NCBI GenBank assembly: GCA_965369865.1
Contig: CBDURU010000054.1
Span: forward strand, 1-22,120
Source of the DNA: an uncultured bacterium
GTDB taxonomy: Bacteria > JAJVIF01 > JAPKYR01
Length of the DNA stretch: 22,120 nt
Reading direction: 5' to 3'
The notes beneath the pieces are model-generated. The model did no database searches. It had not been told where the DNA came from and was given only the letters and a program-made list of their open reading frames with translations. How positions within the stretch are numbered: position 1 is the stretch's first letter; each line of letters begins with the position of its first letter. A program made the translations under genes and the position numbers. Below, in pieces: positions 1 through 7,317 of this stretch.

Positions 1-56
1 CATATGGGCGGCACCCGGCATATGGGCGGCACCCGGCATATGGGCGGCACCCGGCA
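1..56. repeat. 18-bp perfect tandem repeat (CATATGGGCGGCACCCGG) x3, possibly truncated by the window start
   Basis: Identical units at 1-18, 19-36 and 37-54, followed by a partial CA. Confidence 0.95.
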
Positions 57-66
57 AGTTAGTAAA

Positions 67-107
67 AGGGGACACCTGCTTTTCGTGGCCGAAAAGAGGT
101 GTCCCCT
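67..107. repeat. Strong hairpin (REP-like palindrome or terminator)
   Basis: AGGGGACACCT (67-77) pairs with AGGTGTCCCCT (97-107); inner CTTTTCG (79-85) pairs with CGAAAAG (90-96); 4-nt loop; no clear U-tract on the + strand. Confidence 0.75.
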
Positions 108-171
108 GTGATTATCCCCAGGGAAAGTCACCTTCAGAAATGCATAATTCGCTTCGATGGTACCCGTCATG

Positions 172-180
172 TGATAGAAT
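172..180 (+). promoter_or_regulatory. Putative extended -10 promoter for mtnA
   Basis: TG-a-TAGAAT 28 nt upstream of the ATG, with an AGGGAGG Shine-Dalgarno-like site in between. Confidence 0.4.
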
Positions 181-208
181 AATCCTCAATTTCAGGGAGG
201 TTTGAGTT

Positions 209-1261
209 ATGTCCAGTGAAGTGTTTCCGGTTCGATGGGAGGAAGGCTCAGTGGTGATGATCGACCAGACCGTACTTCCGGCTGAATACAGGGAGCTTTC
301 AACGAAATCGGTCGAGGAGGTCGCCGGTTGGATCGAAACCATGGTCGTACGGGGCGCTCCGGCTATCGGTGTCGCTGCCGCCTACGGAATAGCGCTCGCG
401 GCAATCGAACTCAGGGATAAATCCCGTGATGAATTCGACACGGGCCTTGCGAAAGCGCGAGATCGACTGGCTCGTACCCGTCCTACCGCGGTCAACCTGT
501 TCTGGGCATTGGAAAGGATGATACACCTCGCGGAAAGCCAGGTTCCGGACAAATCTCCATCTGCGATCGCGGACCTTTTGCTTGAAGAAGCCAGGGATAT
601 TCAGAACGAAGACTACGAGATGTGCAGGACGATCGGGAAGCTCGGCGCGGAACTGCTTCCCGACTCAGGGGGTGTTCTCACCCACTGTAACGCGGGCGCG
701 CTCGCGACAGCCGGTTACGGAACCGCGGTTGGTGTTCTTCGCGCCGCATGGGAAATGGGAAAGAAAATTCATGTCTATTCGGATGAAACACGTCCGCGGT
801 TACAGGGCGCGAAACTGACGTGCTGGGAACTCAACCGTCTTGGAATGCCGTTCACATTGATTACCGACAACATGGCCGGACATTTTATGCAGCAGGGGAA
901 AATCACAGCCGCGGTGACAGGGGCGGACAGGATCGCGGCAAATGGTGACAGCGCGAATAAAATCGGGACTTATACTGTCGCCGTTCTCTGCAGGGAGCAT
1001 AATATTCCTTTCTACATTGCCGCTCCACTAAGCACGGTGGATTTCAACACCCCGGACGGTTCTCATATTCCGATCGAGGAAAGGGGTCGCGACGAAGTGC
1101 TTGATATCATTCCAGGCTGCGGCGAAGTATATGCCGAAATCCATGTCGCAAACCCGGCATTCGACGTAACTCCCGCTAAATTAATCAATGCAATTATCAC
1201 AGATAAAGGCGTGGCGTATCCCCCATTTGAGGAGAGCCTGTTAAAATTCCGGGAAGAGTGA
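209..1261 (+). CDS. mtnA: S-methyl-5-thioribose-1-phosphate isomerase (methionine salvage, eIF-2B family)
   Basis: Motifs MVVRGAPAIG, RPTAVNLFWA, LTHCNAGALATAGYGTA, DETRPRLQG, GADRIAANGDSANKIGTY, NPAFDVTP; 350 aa; good RBS. Confidence 0.96.
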   Translation: MSSEVFPVRWEEGSVVMIDQTVLPAEYRELSTKSVEEVAGWIETMVVRGAPAIGVAAAYGIALAAIELRDKSRDEFDTGLAKARDRLARTRPTAVNLFWALERMIHLAESQVPDKSPSAIADLLLEEARDIQNEDYEMCRTIGKLGAELLPDSGGVLTHCNAGALATAGYGTAVGVLRAAWEMGKKIHVYSDETRPRLQGAKLTCWELNRLGMPFTLITDNMAGHFMQQGKITAAVTGADRIAANGDSANKIGTYTVAVLCREHNIPFYIAAPLSTVDFNTPDGSHIPIEERGRDEVLDIIPGCGEVYAEIHVANPAFDVTPAKLINAIITDKGVAYPPFEESLLKFREE

Positions 1262-1287
1262 GATTACAGTAGCCCGAAACGCTGTAT

Positions 1288-1314
1288 CAGAGCCCCGACC
1301 GTAAGGGAGGGCAC
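1288..1314 (+). repeat. REP-like palindrome, empty copy with GTAA loop
   Basis: CAGAGCCCCGACC-GTAA-GGGAGGGCAC, near-identical to 3599-3625; a truncated half copy ACAGTAGCCCGA lies at 1266-1277. Confidence 0.85.
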
Positions 1315-1325
1315 TATTGCAGCTG

Positions 1326-1354
1326 TTGACAATTTCGCAAATTTGCGAAATAAT
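1326..1354 (+). promoter_or_regulatory. Sigma70-type promoter overlapped by a perfect 20-bp palindromic operator
   Basis: TTGACA (1326-1331), 17 nt, AATAAT (1349-1354); ATTTCGCAAATTTGCGAAAT (1332-1351) is its own reverse complement. Confidence 0.8.
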
Positions 1355-1370
1355 TAAGAGGGGATAAAAA

Positions 1371-1664
1371 TTGGCAAATGCACTTGAAATTTTACGCAAA
1401 CGGTTTGCACAAGATGATCCAAATTATGAAGTATCGCTTGAAGAGGAACGGGCAAATCTGGATATCGCGTTGCAAATCCAAACACTTCGGAAAAAGTCAG
1501 GGATGACCCAGAAGATGCTTGCTGACAGGGTGGGTACATCAACATCTGTAATCAGCAGATTGGAAAATGCTGACTATGATGGACATTCAATGGCAATGCT
1601 AAGGAGAATCGCCGCCGTTCTTGGAAAAGAAGTCAGGGTAAGTTTTGTATCCACATCAAAATAA
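1371..1664 (+). CDS. XRE-family helix-turn-helix regulator, HigA antitoxin-like
   Basis: LRKKSGMTQKMLADRVGTSTSVISRLENADY is an HTH_3/XRE pattern; 97 aa; TTG start after GAGGGG. Confidence 0.88.
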   Translation: MANALEILRKRFAQDDPNYEVSLEEERANLDIALQIQTLRKKSGMTQKMLADRVGTSTSVISRLENADYDGHSMAMLRRIAAVLGKEVRVSFVSTSK

Positions 1665-1687
1665 TATTAACAGTAGCCCGACCGTCA

Positions 1688-1827
1688 GGGGCTATTGAAA
1701 AAGTTATTAGAATGAAAAATCACAAGGGGTCAAAACTTCCGATACCGCTCTCCATGCGGACGGGCCGTCCGCGGTACTGCAGGCCGGCGTCCTGCGCTAC
1801 GGGATTTAGTACTTTATCAACAGCCCC
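1688..1827. mobile_element. 140-bp MITE, copy 1, inserted in a REP-like hairpin
   Basis: Ends GGGGCTATTGAAAAAGT and ACTTTATCAACAGCCCC (one substitution in each); GTCA duplicated at 1684-1687 and 1828-1831; REP halves GCCCGACC and GGGAGGGC flank it. Confidence 0.92.
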
Positions 1828-1848
1828 GTCAGGGAGGGCACAACAATC

Positions 1849-3240
1849 TTAAAACTGCCAGTACAGGAACGGGCCGGTTTCGGACAGGAGCAGAATACAT
1901 ACAGCCATAAGAATTCCGAGAATAACCGCCCAGAACGGTTTCGGTGACGCTTTCTTCACCCGGACAAGCTCCACCATGTTCGGTGCGATCATTCCCCACA
2001 GGAGTCCCACCGCCAATATAAACAACAGGGTCGGCGTAACATTCGTTCTAAAAAGGAACAGGCCGGGTATGTCGACCATCTTCGAGAAAAACACGTACAC
2101 TTCACCAAGGTTCCTCGGTTTGAAGAATATGAGGGAAGTGGCAAAAAAGATAAAGGTGGCTATTTGCGCGTAGACCTTATTTCTCGGCCACCATGGCACA
2201 TTTTTTAACCGGTGATGGAGCTCCAGCCCGATTGCATTGAACGCACCCCAGCACATGTAGGTCCACTCAGCGCCATGCCAGAGCCCGCCAAGGAGCATTG
2301 CAGTGGTGAGCGCCATCGCCCTGCGATTCCTGCCGCCAAGGGGAATATACAGGTAGTCCTTGAGCCACCTGGACAAGGACATATGCCACCGTCTCCAGAA
2401 ATCGCTTACCGAAAGCGCTTTAAACGGGGAATTGAAATTCTGCGGAAATTCGAATCCGAGCAGGTGCCCGAGGCCGATCGCCATTAACGAGTATCCGGCA
2501 AAATCAAAATAAATCTGGATGGTGAATCCAAGAATCGCTATCCATGCTTCACCCGGGGTCAGGTTCAGGTAGTTTGTAAACATCGGGGCGATATAGTAGT
2601 CGATCCGATCGGCAATAAGAACCTTCTTCGACAAACCCGCCGCGAAATAGAAAAGACCGAGATTGAGGTTTTCGGTTGTAAGTTTACTCGGGAGGTTTCT
2701 TAAAGTCTCACTGATTTCAGCGTAACGGACAATTGGCCCGGCAATCAACTGCGGGAAGAGCGCGACATATGTTGCGAATGTGACCAAGTCATAGGTCGGG
2801 GTGATCTTCTTACGATAAACATCGATCGTATAGCTCATCGTCTGGAAAGTGAAGAAGCTGATACCGATCGGGAGGAGAATTTCGAAATTAGGGAAGGTGT
2901 GCCCAACACCAATCCAGCCGACGAAGCTGTTCCATGTCGACATCAGGAGCATGGCGTATTTGAAGAACCCGAGCATGCCGAGGTTCGTACACAGGGACAC
3001 AATCAGCCAGCGTTTCCGTATGATCGGGTCCTTTGATTCGTGCACGCGGATACCGACAAAATAGTCGACAAGTGTTGAGATGATTAAGAGGGCACAGAAT
3101 CGCGGGTCCCACCAGCCATAGAATATGTAGCTAACTAAAATCAGCCAGAAACGTCGAAGCCTTTCACCTTTTATTAACCAGTAACCGGCAATTGCGATGG
3201 GGCCAAATAAGAAAATGAATATAGTTGTCGGGAAAAGCAT
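1849..3240 (-). CDS. MBOAT-family O-acyltransferase (AlgI/PatA/DltB-like), paralog 1
   Basis: LPIGISFFTFQ, FPQLIAGPIVR, YFDFAGYS, NFNSPF, FWRRWH, catalytic LWHGA, C-terminal FLYWQF; many hydrophobic segments. Confidence 0.95.
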   Translation of the reverse strand: MLFPTTIFIFLFGPIAIAGYWLIKGERLRRFWLILVSYIFYGWWDPRFCALLIISTLVDYFVGIRVHESKDPIIRKRWLIVSLCTNLGMLGFFKYAMLLMSTWNSFVGWIGVGHTFPNFEILLPIGISFFTFQTMSYTIDVYRKKITPTYDLVTFATYVALFPQLIAGPIVRYAEISETLRNLPSKLTTENLNLGLFYFAAGLSKKVLIADRIDYYIAPMFTNYLNLTPGEAWIAILGFTIQIYFDFAGYSLMAIGLGHLLGFEFPQNFNSPFKALSVSDFWRRWHMSLSRWLKDYLYIPLGGRNRRAMALTTAMLLGGLWHGAEWTYMCWGAFNAIGLELHHRLKNVPWWPRNKVYAQIATFIFFATSLIFFKPRNLGEVYVFFSKMVDIPGLFLFRTNVTPTLLFILAVGLLWGMIAPNMVELVRVKKASPKPFWAVILGILMAVCILLLSETGPFLYWQF

Positions 3241-3370
3241 TAACTATTTGATCTCCGTGTTATCTTAAAGAACGAATCCTGGCGGCAGATGGTCGATAAG
3301 TATATCCGAATTATGCTGTCGTTTGTGCATTTCATCGGAAAATTATTCAGGAACATAACTATAACGCCAA

Positions 3371-3397
3371 CAGAGGCCCGACCGTCAGGGAGCGCAC
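3371..3397 (+). repeat. REP-like palindrome, empty copy
   Basis: CAGAGGCCCGACC-GTCA-GGGAGCGCAC. Confidence 0.85.
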
Positions 3398-3428
3398 ATC
3401 TGTAACACTAACAGAGGCCCGACCGTCA

Positions 3429-3568
3429 GGGGCTGTTGAAAAAGTTATTAGACTGAATAATCACAAGGGATCAAAACTTCCGATACCGCTCTCCATGCGG
3501 ACGGGCCGTCCGCGGTACTGCAGGCCGGCGTCCTGCGCTACGGGATTTAGTACTTTTTCAACAGCCCC
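3429..3568. mobile_element. 140-bp MITE, copy 2, inserted in a REP-like hairpin
   Basis: Perfect 17-bp TIRs GGGGCTGTTGAAAAAGT / ACTTTTTCAACAGCCCC; GTCA duplicated at 3425-3428 and 3569-3572. Confidence 0.94.
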
Positions 3569-3598
3569 GTCAGGGAGGGCACAGCAACAACGCGCCAA

Positions 3599-3625
3599 CA
3601 GAGCCCCGACCGTCAGGGAGGGCAC
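3599..3625 (+). repeat. REP-like palindrome, empty copy
   Basis: CAGAGCCCCGACC-GTCA-GGGAGGGCAC, followed by the same AGCAACAACG tail as the MITE-split copy just upstream. Confidence 0.88.
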
Positions 3626-3638
3626 AGCAACAACGATC

Positions 3639-5030
3639 CTAAAACTGCCAATACAGAAACGGACCACTTTCGGAAAGGTATAAAATACATATCGCGACAA
3701 GAATTCCAACAACGATTCCCCAGATCGGTTTCGGTTTCACTTTTCTTATTCTTACAAGCTCTATCATGTTCGGGCCCAGCATACCCCACAGCAATCCCGC
3801 TGCCATGAGTAACAGAAGGACCGGGGCTACAGCGACTTTCTCTAGTACCAGGTCTTTTAAGTTGAGCATCTTCGAGATGACAATATAAGATTCGCCGATG
3901 TTCCTGGGGCGAAATATCGCAAGTGAAAACGAGAAATAGATAAAGGTCGCGATTTGAGCGTAGACCAGATTTCTAGGGAACCATGGAACATTCTTCAATC
4001 GGTGATGCAATTCGAGACCGATCGCATGAAATCCACCCCAGAGCACAAAGGTCCAGTCAGGCCCATGCCACAGGCCGCCCAGCAGCATGGTTAAACTCAG
4101 GGCCAGAGCGCGGCGATTGCGTCCGCCAAGCGGGACATACAGGTAATCCTTAAGCCAACTCGATAATGTCAGATGCCATCGCTTCCAGAGATCGCTGACC
4201 GAAATCGCCTTGAACGGTGAATTAAAATTCTGGGGGAATTCAAATCCAAGAAGATGCCCGAGACCGACCGCCATGAGTGAATATCCCGCGAAATCGTAAT
4301 ATATCTGGATCGTCCATCCCATAACAGCGATCCATGCCTCACCGGAGGTCAGGTTCTGGTAATTGGTGAACATGGGGGCTACGAAATAGTCGATCCGATC
4401 GGCGATCAGAACCTTTTTTGAGAGACCGACCGCAAAATAGAAAAGTCCCAGCGTAAGGTAATCTCTCGAGAGTTTAACAGGCAGGTTTTTCAGCGTATGC
4501 ATGATTTCCGCGTACCTGACGATCGGACCGGCGATCAACTGGGGGAACAATGCGACATAAGTCGCGAATTCCGCCAGGTCGTAAGTCGGTTTGATCTTGC
4601 GGCGGTACACGTCGATCGTATAGCTCATTGTCTGGAAGGTGAAGAAGCTGATTCCAATGGGAAGGACGATGTTGTAATTCGGGAGTGTCGGTCCCACCCC
4701 TACCCATCCGATTAATGTGTTCCAGGAAGACATCAGGAACATCGCATACTTGAAGAACCCGAGCATTCCCAGGTTCGTCACGAGAGAAACGACGATCCAG
4801 CGTTTGCGTACAACGGGATCCTCGGTTTCATTGAGACGGATACCGACAAAATAGTCCACAAGGGTTGAGATGATAAGCAGGCCACAGAATCGCGGGTCCC
4901 ACCAGCCGTAGAAAATATAACTGGCAAGGATCAGCCAGTAATACCTGAGCCTCTGGTTCCTGATAAGCCAGTATCCCAGGATTGCGATCGGGCCAAAAAT
5001 AAAAACGAAGATCGGTGTTGGGAAAAGCAT
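3639..5030 (-). CDS. MBOAT-family O-acyltransferase (AlgI/PatA/DltB-like), paralog 2
   Basis: Same length (463 aa) and motifs as paralog 1; LWHGP catalytic His; C-terminal FLYWQF; starts 3 nt after the upstream stop codon. Confidence 0.95.
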   Translation of the reverse strand: MLFPTPIFVFIFGPIAILGYWLIRNQRLRYYWLILASYIFYGWWDPRFCGLLIISTLVDYFVGIRLNETEDPVVRKRWIVVSLVTNLGMLGFFKYAMFLMSSWNTLIGWVGVGPTLPNYNIVLPIGISFFTFQTMSYTIDVYRRKIKPTYDLAEFATYVALFPQLIAGPIVRYAEIMHTLKNLPVKLSRDYLTLGLFYFAVGLSKKVLIADRIDYFVAPMFTNYQNLTSGEAWIAVMGWTIQIYYDFAGYSLMAVGLGHLLGFEFPQNFNSPFKAISVSDLWKRWHLTLSSWLKDYLYVPLGGRNRRALALSLTMLLGGLWHGPDWTFVLWGGFHAIGLELHHRLKNVPWFPRNLVYAQIATFIYFSFSLAIFRPRNIGESYIVISKMLNLKDLVLEKVAVAPVLLLLMAAGLLWGMLGPNMIELVRIRKVKPKPIWGIVVGILVAICILYLSESGPFLYWQF

Positions 5031-5033
5031 ACG

Positions 5034-6143
5034 TTAATTGGCCACCAGGTCCTGCGTGGGTTCGTAATCCTTGAAAAGGTCCCGGAGAAGTCGTTCTGAA
5101 TTTTCCGGCCTCATATGAAGTTCATCGTAAAATAAATCGGGATCGCCGCCGAAACTGTCAAGGTGAAGGTAATCCCGGTAAACGCCACCGAAATCCTCTA
5201 CTGTAGTCGAGAAAAATTCCTGGGCTTCAGCATACATGTGCCCGGTACCGCATTCACTGGCAAGTTCGGTAAGCAGCGGATGGACAGGCGCCATGAAAGC
5301 ATAAACCTCGATGTCGTTCTCCCTGCAAACCTCGAGCAGTTCAAGCCAGTACGCCTTACGGTTATCTGACAATCCTGTCCAGCCCTTGATTACGGGACCT
5401 TCTTCGGAGTACCGCTTGCTTCTCAAACGCCTGGTTATCTTATCTTCCAGGTTATAAGTCCCCGCGGCGATCATCTCTTCAGCGGTTGCGTGTATCGTCA
5501 TGCCGTTGTCGCGGTATTCCAGCCTTGCCTGTCCGGGATGATATTCCGTTTCAAGCGTGTGACGGAGATTAACTACAATCAACGCCGCTGCCTGCCTTGT
5601 CTGGCCCATGGTAAACAACAGACCGATTTTATCGAGGATCGTCCCCCTGCTGTTTCGATCGTGAGAGAAATACTGGTTTAATTCCGGAATGTATCTTGCT
5701 TCGGGCTGGATCGGTAATGAAGGATGAATAATTTCAATGCCAAGGGCTACGATAATCATGTCCAGGTCATTGTTATAGTTATCCTGAACGAGCCTTATTA
5801 AGCCATAAAACGTTTCAGTGCAGGCCCCGGGGAGCCAGAAGTTAAAACACCGCTTGCCGGTAAGCTCCTCAACGAGGTCCGGATTGAAAGTCATAATATG
5901 CGAATTGCTGAAAATTAAAGCGTTAGCGGGAGGCTGGAAGTTTTCATAGAGAATAAATTTTTTCTCATACATCCCCGGCGGTCGGGGAATAATGTTGGTA
6001 CCGTACAGAGAAAATGGGTTCGCGATTACATTCACCGCGGCGGCAAGAAGAAGAACAACCACGATCGCGCCCACTGTAACCTTAATGTGAACAAGGTCGG
6101 CCCAGTCTTCGTCGTGATGTTTTGTTCCGGGGGGTGTGAGCAT
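5034..6143 (-). CDS. Membrane-anchored SGNH-like (DltD/AlgJ-type) putative acyltransferase partner, paralog A
   Basis: N-terminal TM helix, block-I-like IFSNSH, RCFNF, C-terminal DxxH (YDELHM); adjacent to an MBOAT gene. Confidence 0.7.
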   Translation of the reverse strand: MLTPPGTKHHDEDWADLVHIKVTVGAIVVVLLLAAAVNVIANPFSLYGTNIIPRPPGMYEKKFILYENFQPPANALIFSNSHIMTFNPDLVEELTGKRCFNFWLPGACTETFYGLIRLVQDNYNNDLDMIIVALGIEIIHPSLPIQPEARYIPELNQYFSHDRNSRGTILDKIGLLFTMGQTRQAAALIVVNLRHTLETEYHPGQARLEYRDNGMTIHATAEEMIAAGTYNLEDKITRRLRSKRYSEEGPVIKGWTGLSDNRKAYWLELLEVCRENDIEVYAFMAPVHPLLTELASECGTGHMYAEAQEFFSTTVEDFGGVYRDYLHLDSFGGDPDLFYDELHMRPENSERLLRDLFKDYEPTQDLVAN

Positions 6144-6150
6144 GGTCAGG

Positions 6151-6179
6151 ATTATATTAGCTGTTTATTCAATGGTCAA
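6151..6179 (-). promoter_or_regulatory. Sigma70-type promoter, likely giving a leaderless mRNA
   Basis: Minus strand TTGACC (6179-6174), 17 nt, TATAAT (6156-6151), 7 nt, ATG (6143); no Shine-Dalgarno. Confidence 0.7.
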
Positions 6180-6188
6180 GAAAGCAAG

Positions 6189-7280
6189 TCACTCCTGAAT
6201 TTCGGTCGGGTAATCATCGGCCAGGAGGTGCCTGATAAGAATGTCCCCGTTTGACGGGCTGAGGTGGATAACATCCATGAAACCTTCCGGATCACCGTTG
6301 AAGGAGTTTACATCCGTGTAGTTCCGAAACACCCCTCCGATTTCACCGATCGTTCGCGACAGGTATTCAGTGGTTTCGGAATAGAGGGCATCGGCGTTGA
6401 ATTCCTCCAACTGGTAAACACTTTCAAGGAGATCGTGATGCAGGGGCGTCATATAGGCATACACCATGATCCCGCGCTGGTCGCAGATTTTAAGGAATTC
6501 CTCCCAGTACATCATCCGGATGGAATTCAGGTTTGAGTAGTCGTCGTCACCAAAGTCGGCCTTCGGGAATCTCCGCATTTCGTTTTCAATTCCCTCGATT
6601 ATTATATCTTTCGTAAGGATTCCATAATCGTTAATACGGAGGAAACCATTTGGCTCCCATCTGTCTTCCTCGTTCGGATCATAGCCTGATGTTCCCAGTA
6701 GAACCCTGAACGTGGAATCTGTCTGTTCAAACGAGAAAAGCCGTGATGATTTTTCCATGAAAACAGACATGGCAGCCTTGTCTGTAACATATCGCATGTA
6801 GGAAACCAGGCTAAGGGCCTGCGGGGGCGTACCGGCAGTCGGATGGAATACCGTTGGCTCGACCCCGACAATTACCATGTCGAGCGGTGCGTTAATTTCA
6901 TCGAGCGCAATCCGAAGTTCGGCATAAAACAATTCGGTTTTGGCAAGGGGATTCGCCCAGTTGAAGCACCTTTTGCCTGTAAGCTCTTCGACAAGTTCCG
7001 GATTGACACTTTCTACCCTTGAACTTCCGATTATCAAAGCCTGGGGTTTAGGCTGGAATTCTCGCAGCAGCCTGAGCTTATGTTCGTACTTGCTGAATGT
7101 AACCGGCGGGAACAGTCCGGTCCCGTATATTCCAAACGGGTCGACAATGAAATTCAGAGACCCGATTACCGCCAGTGTGATAAATAAAGGCACGACAAAT
7201 GATATCCAGATAATTTTATTGTTCCAGGTGACTTTAGCAGGGCTTTCAGATTGCAGTACTGTCATGTTCATTACTTGCAA
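6189..7280 (-). CDS. Membrane-anchored SGNH-like (DltD/AlgJ-type) putative acyltransferase partner, paralog B
   Basis: TM helix, NFIVDPFGIYG, IIGSSRV, RCFNW, DxxH (MDVIHL). Start uncertain (TTG 7280 or ATG 7271/7265). Confidence 0.7.
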   Translation of the reverse strand: MQVMNMTVLQSESPAKVTWNNKIIWISFVVPLFITLAVIGSLNFIVDPFGIYGTGLFPPVTFSKYEHKLRLLREFQPKPQALIIGSSRVESVNPELVEELTGKRCFNWANPLAKTELFYAELRIALDEINAPLDMVIVGVEPTVFHPTAGTPPQALSLVSYMRYVTDKAAMSVFMEKSSRLFSFEQTDSTFRVLLGTSGYDPNEEDRWEPNGFLRINDYGILTKDIIIEGIENEMRRFPKADFGDDDYSNLNSIRMMYWEEFLKICDQRGIMVYAYMTPLHHDLLESVYQLEEFNADALYSETTEYLSRTIGEIGGVFRNYTDVNSFNGDPEGFMDVIHLSPSNGDILIRHLLADDYPTEIQE

Positions 7281-7317
7281 ATTTAATTTTATAAATCAAA
7301 CTTCTTTGTCCCCGATT

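Noticed and set aside
3369..3635. CRISPR array or integron attC sites suggested by recurring ~27-bp repeats
   Set aside because: Spacing is irregular, the intervening stretches are short or are the MITE, and there are no cas or integrase genes. REP plus MITE explains the pattern.
3461..3712. ORFs 3461..3712 (-) and 3495..3683 (+)
   Set aside because: They run through MITE and REP sequence and overlap the MBOAT 3' end, with no recognisable protein motif.
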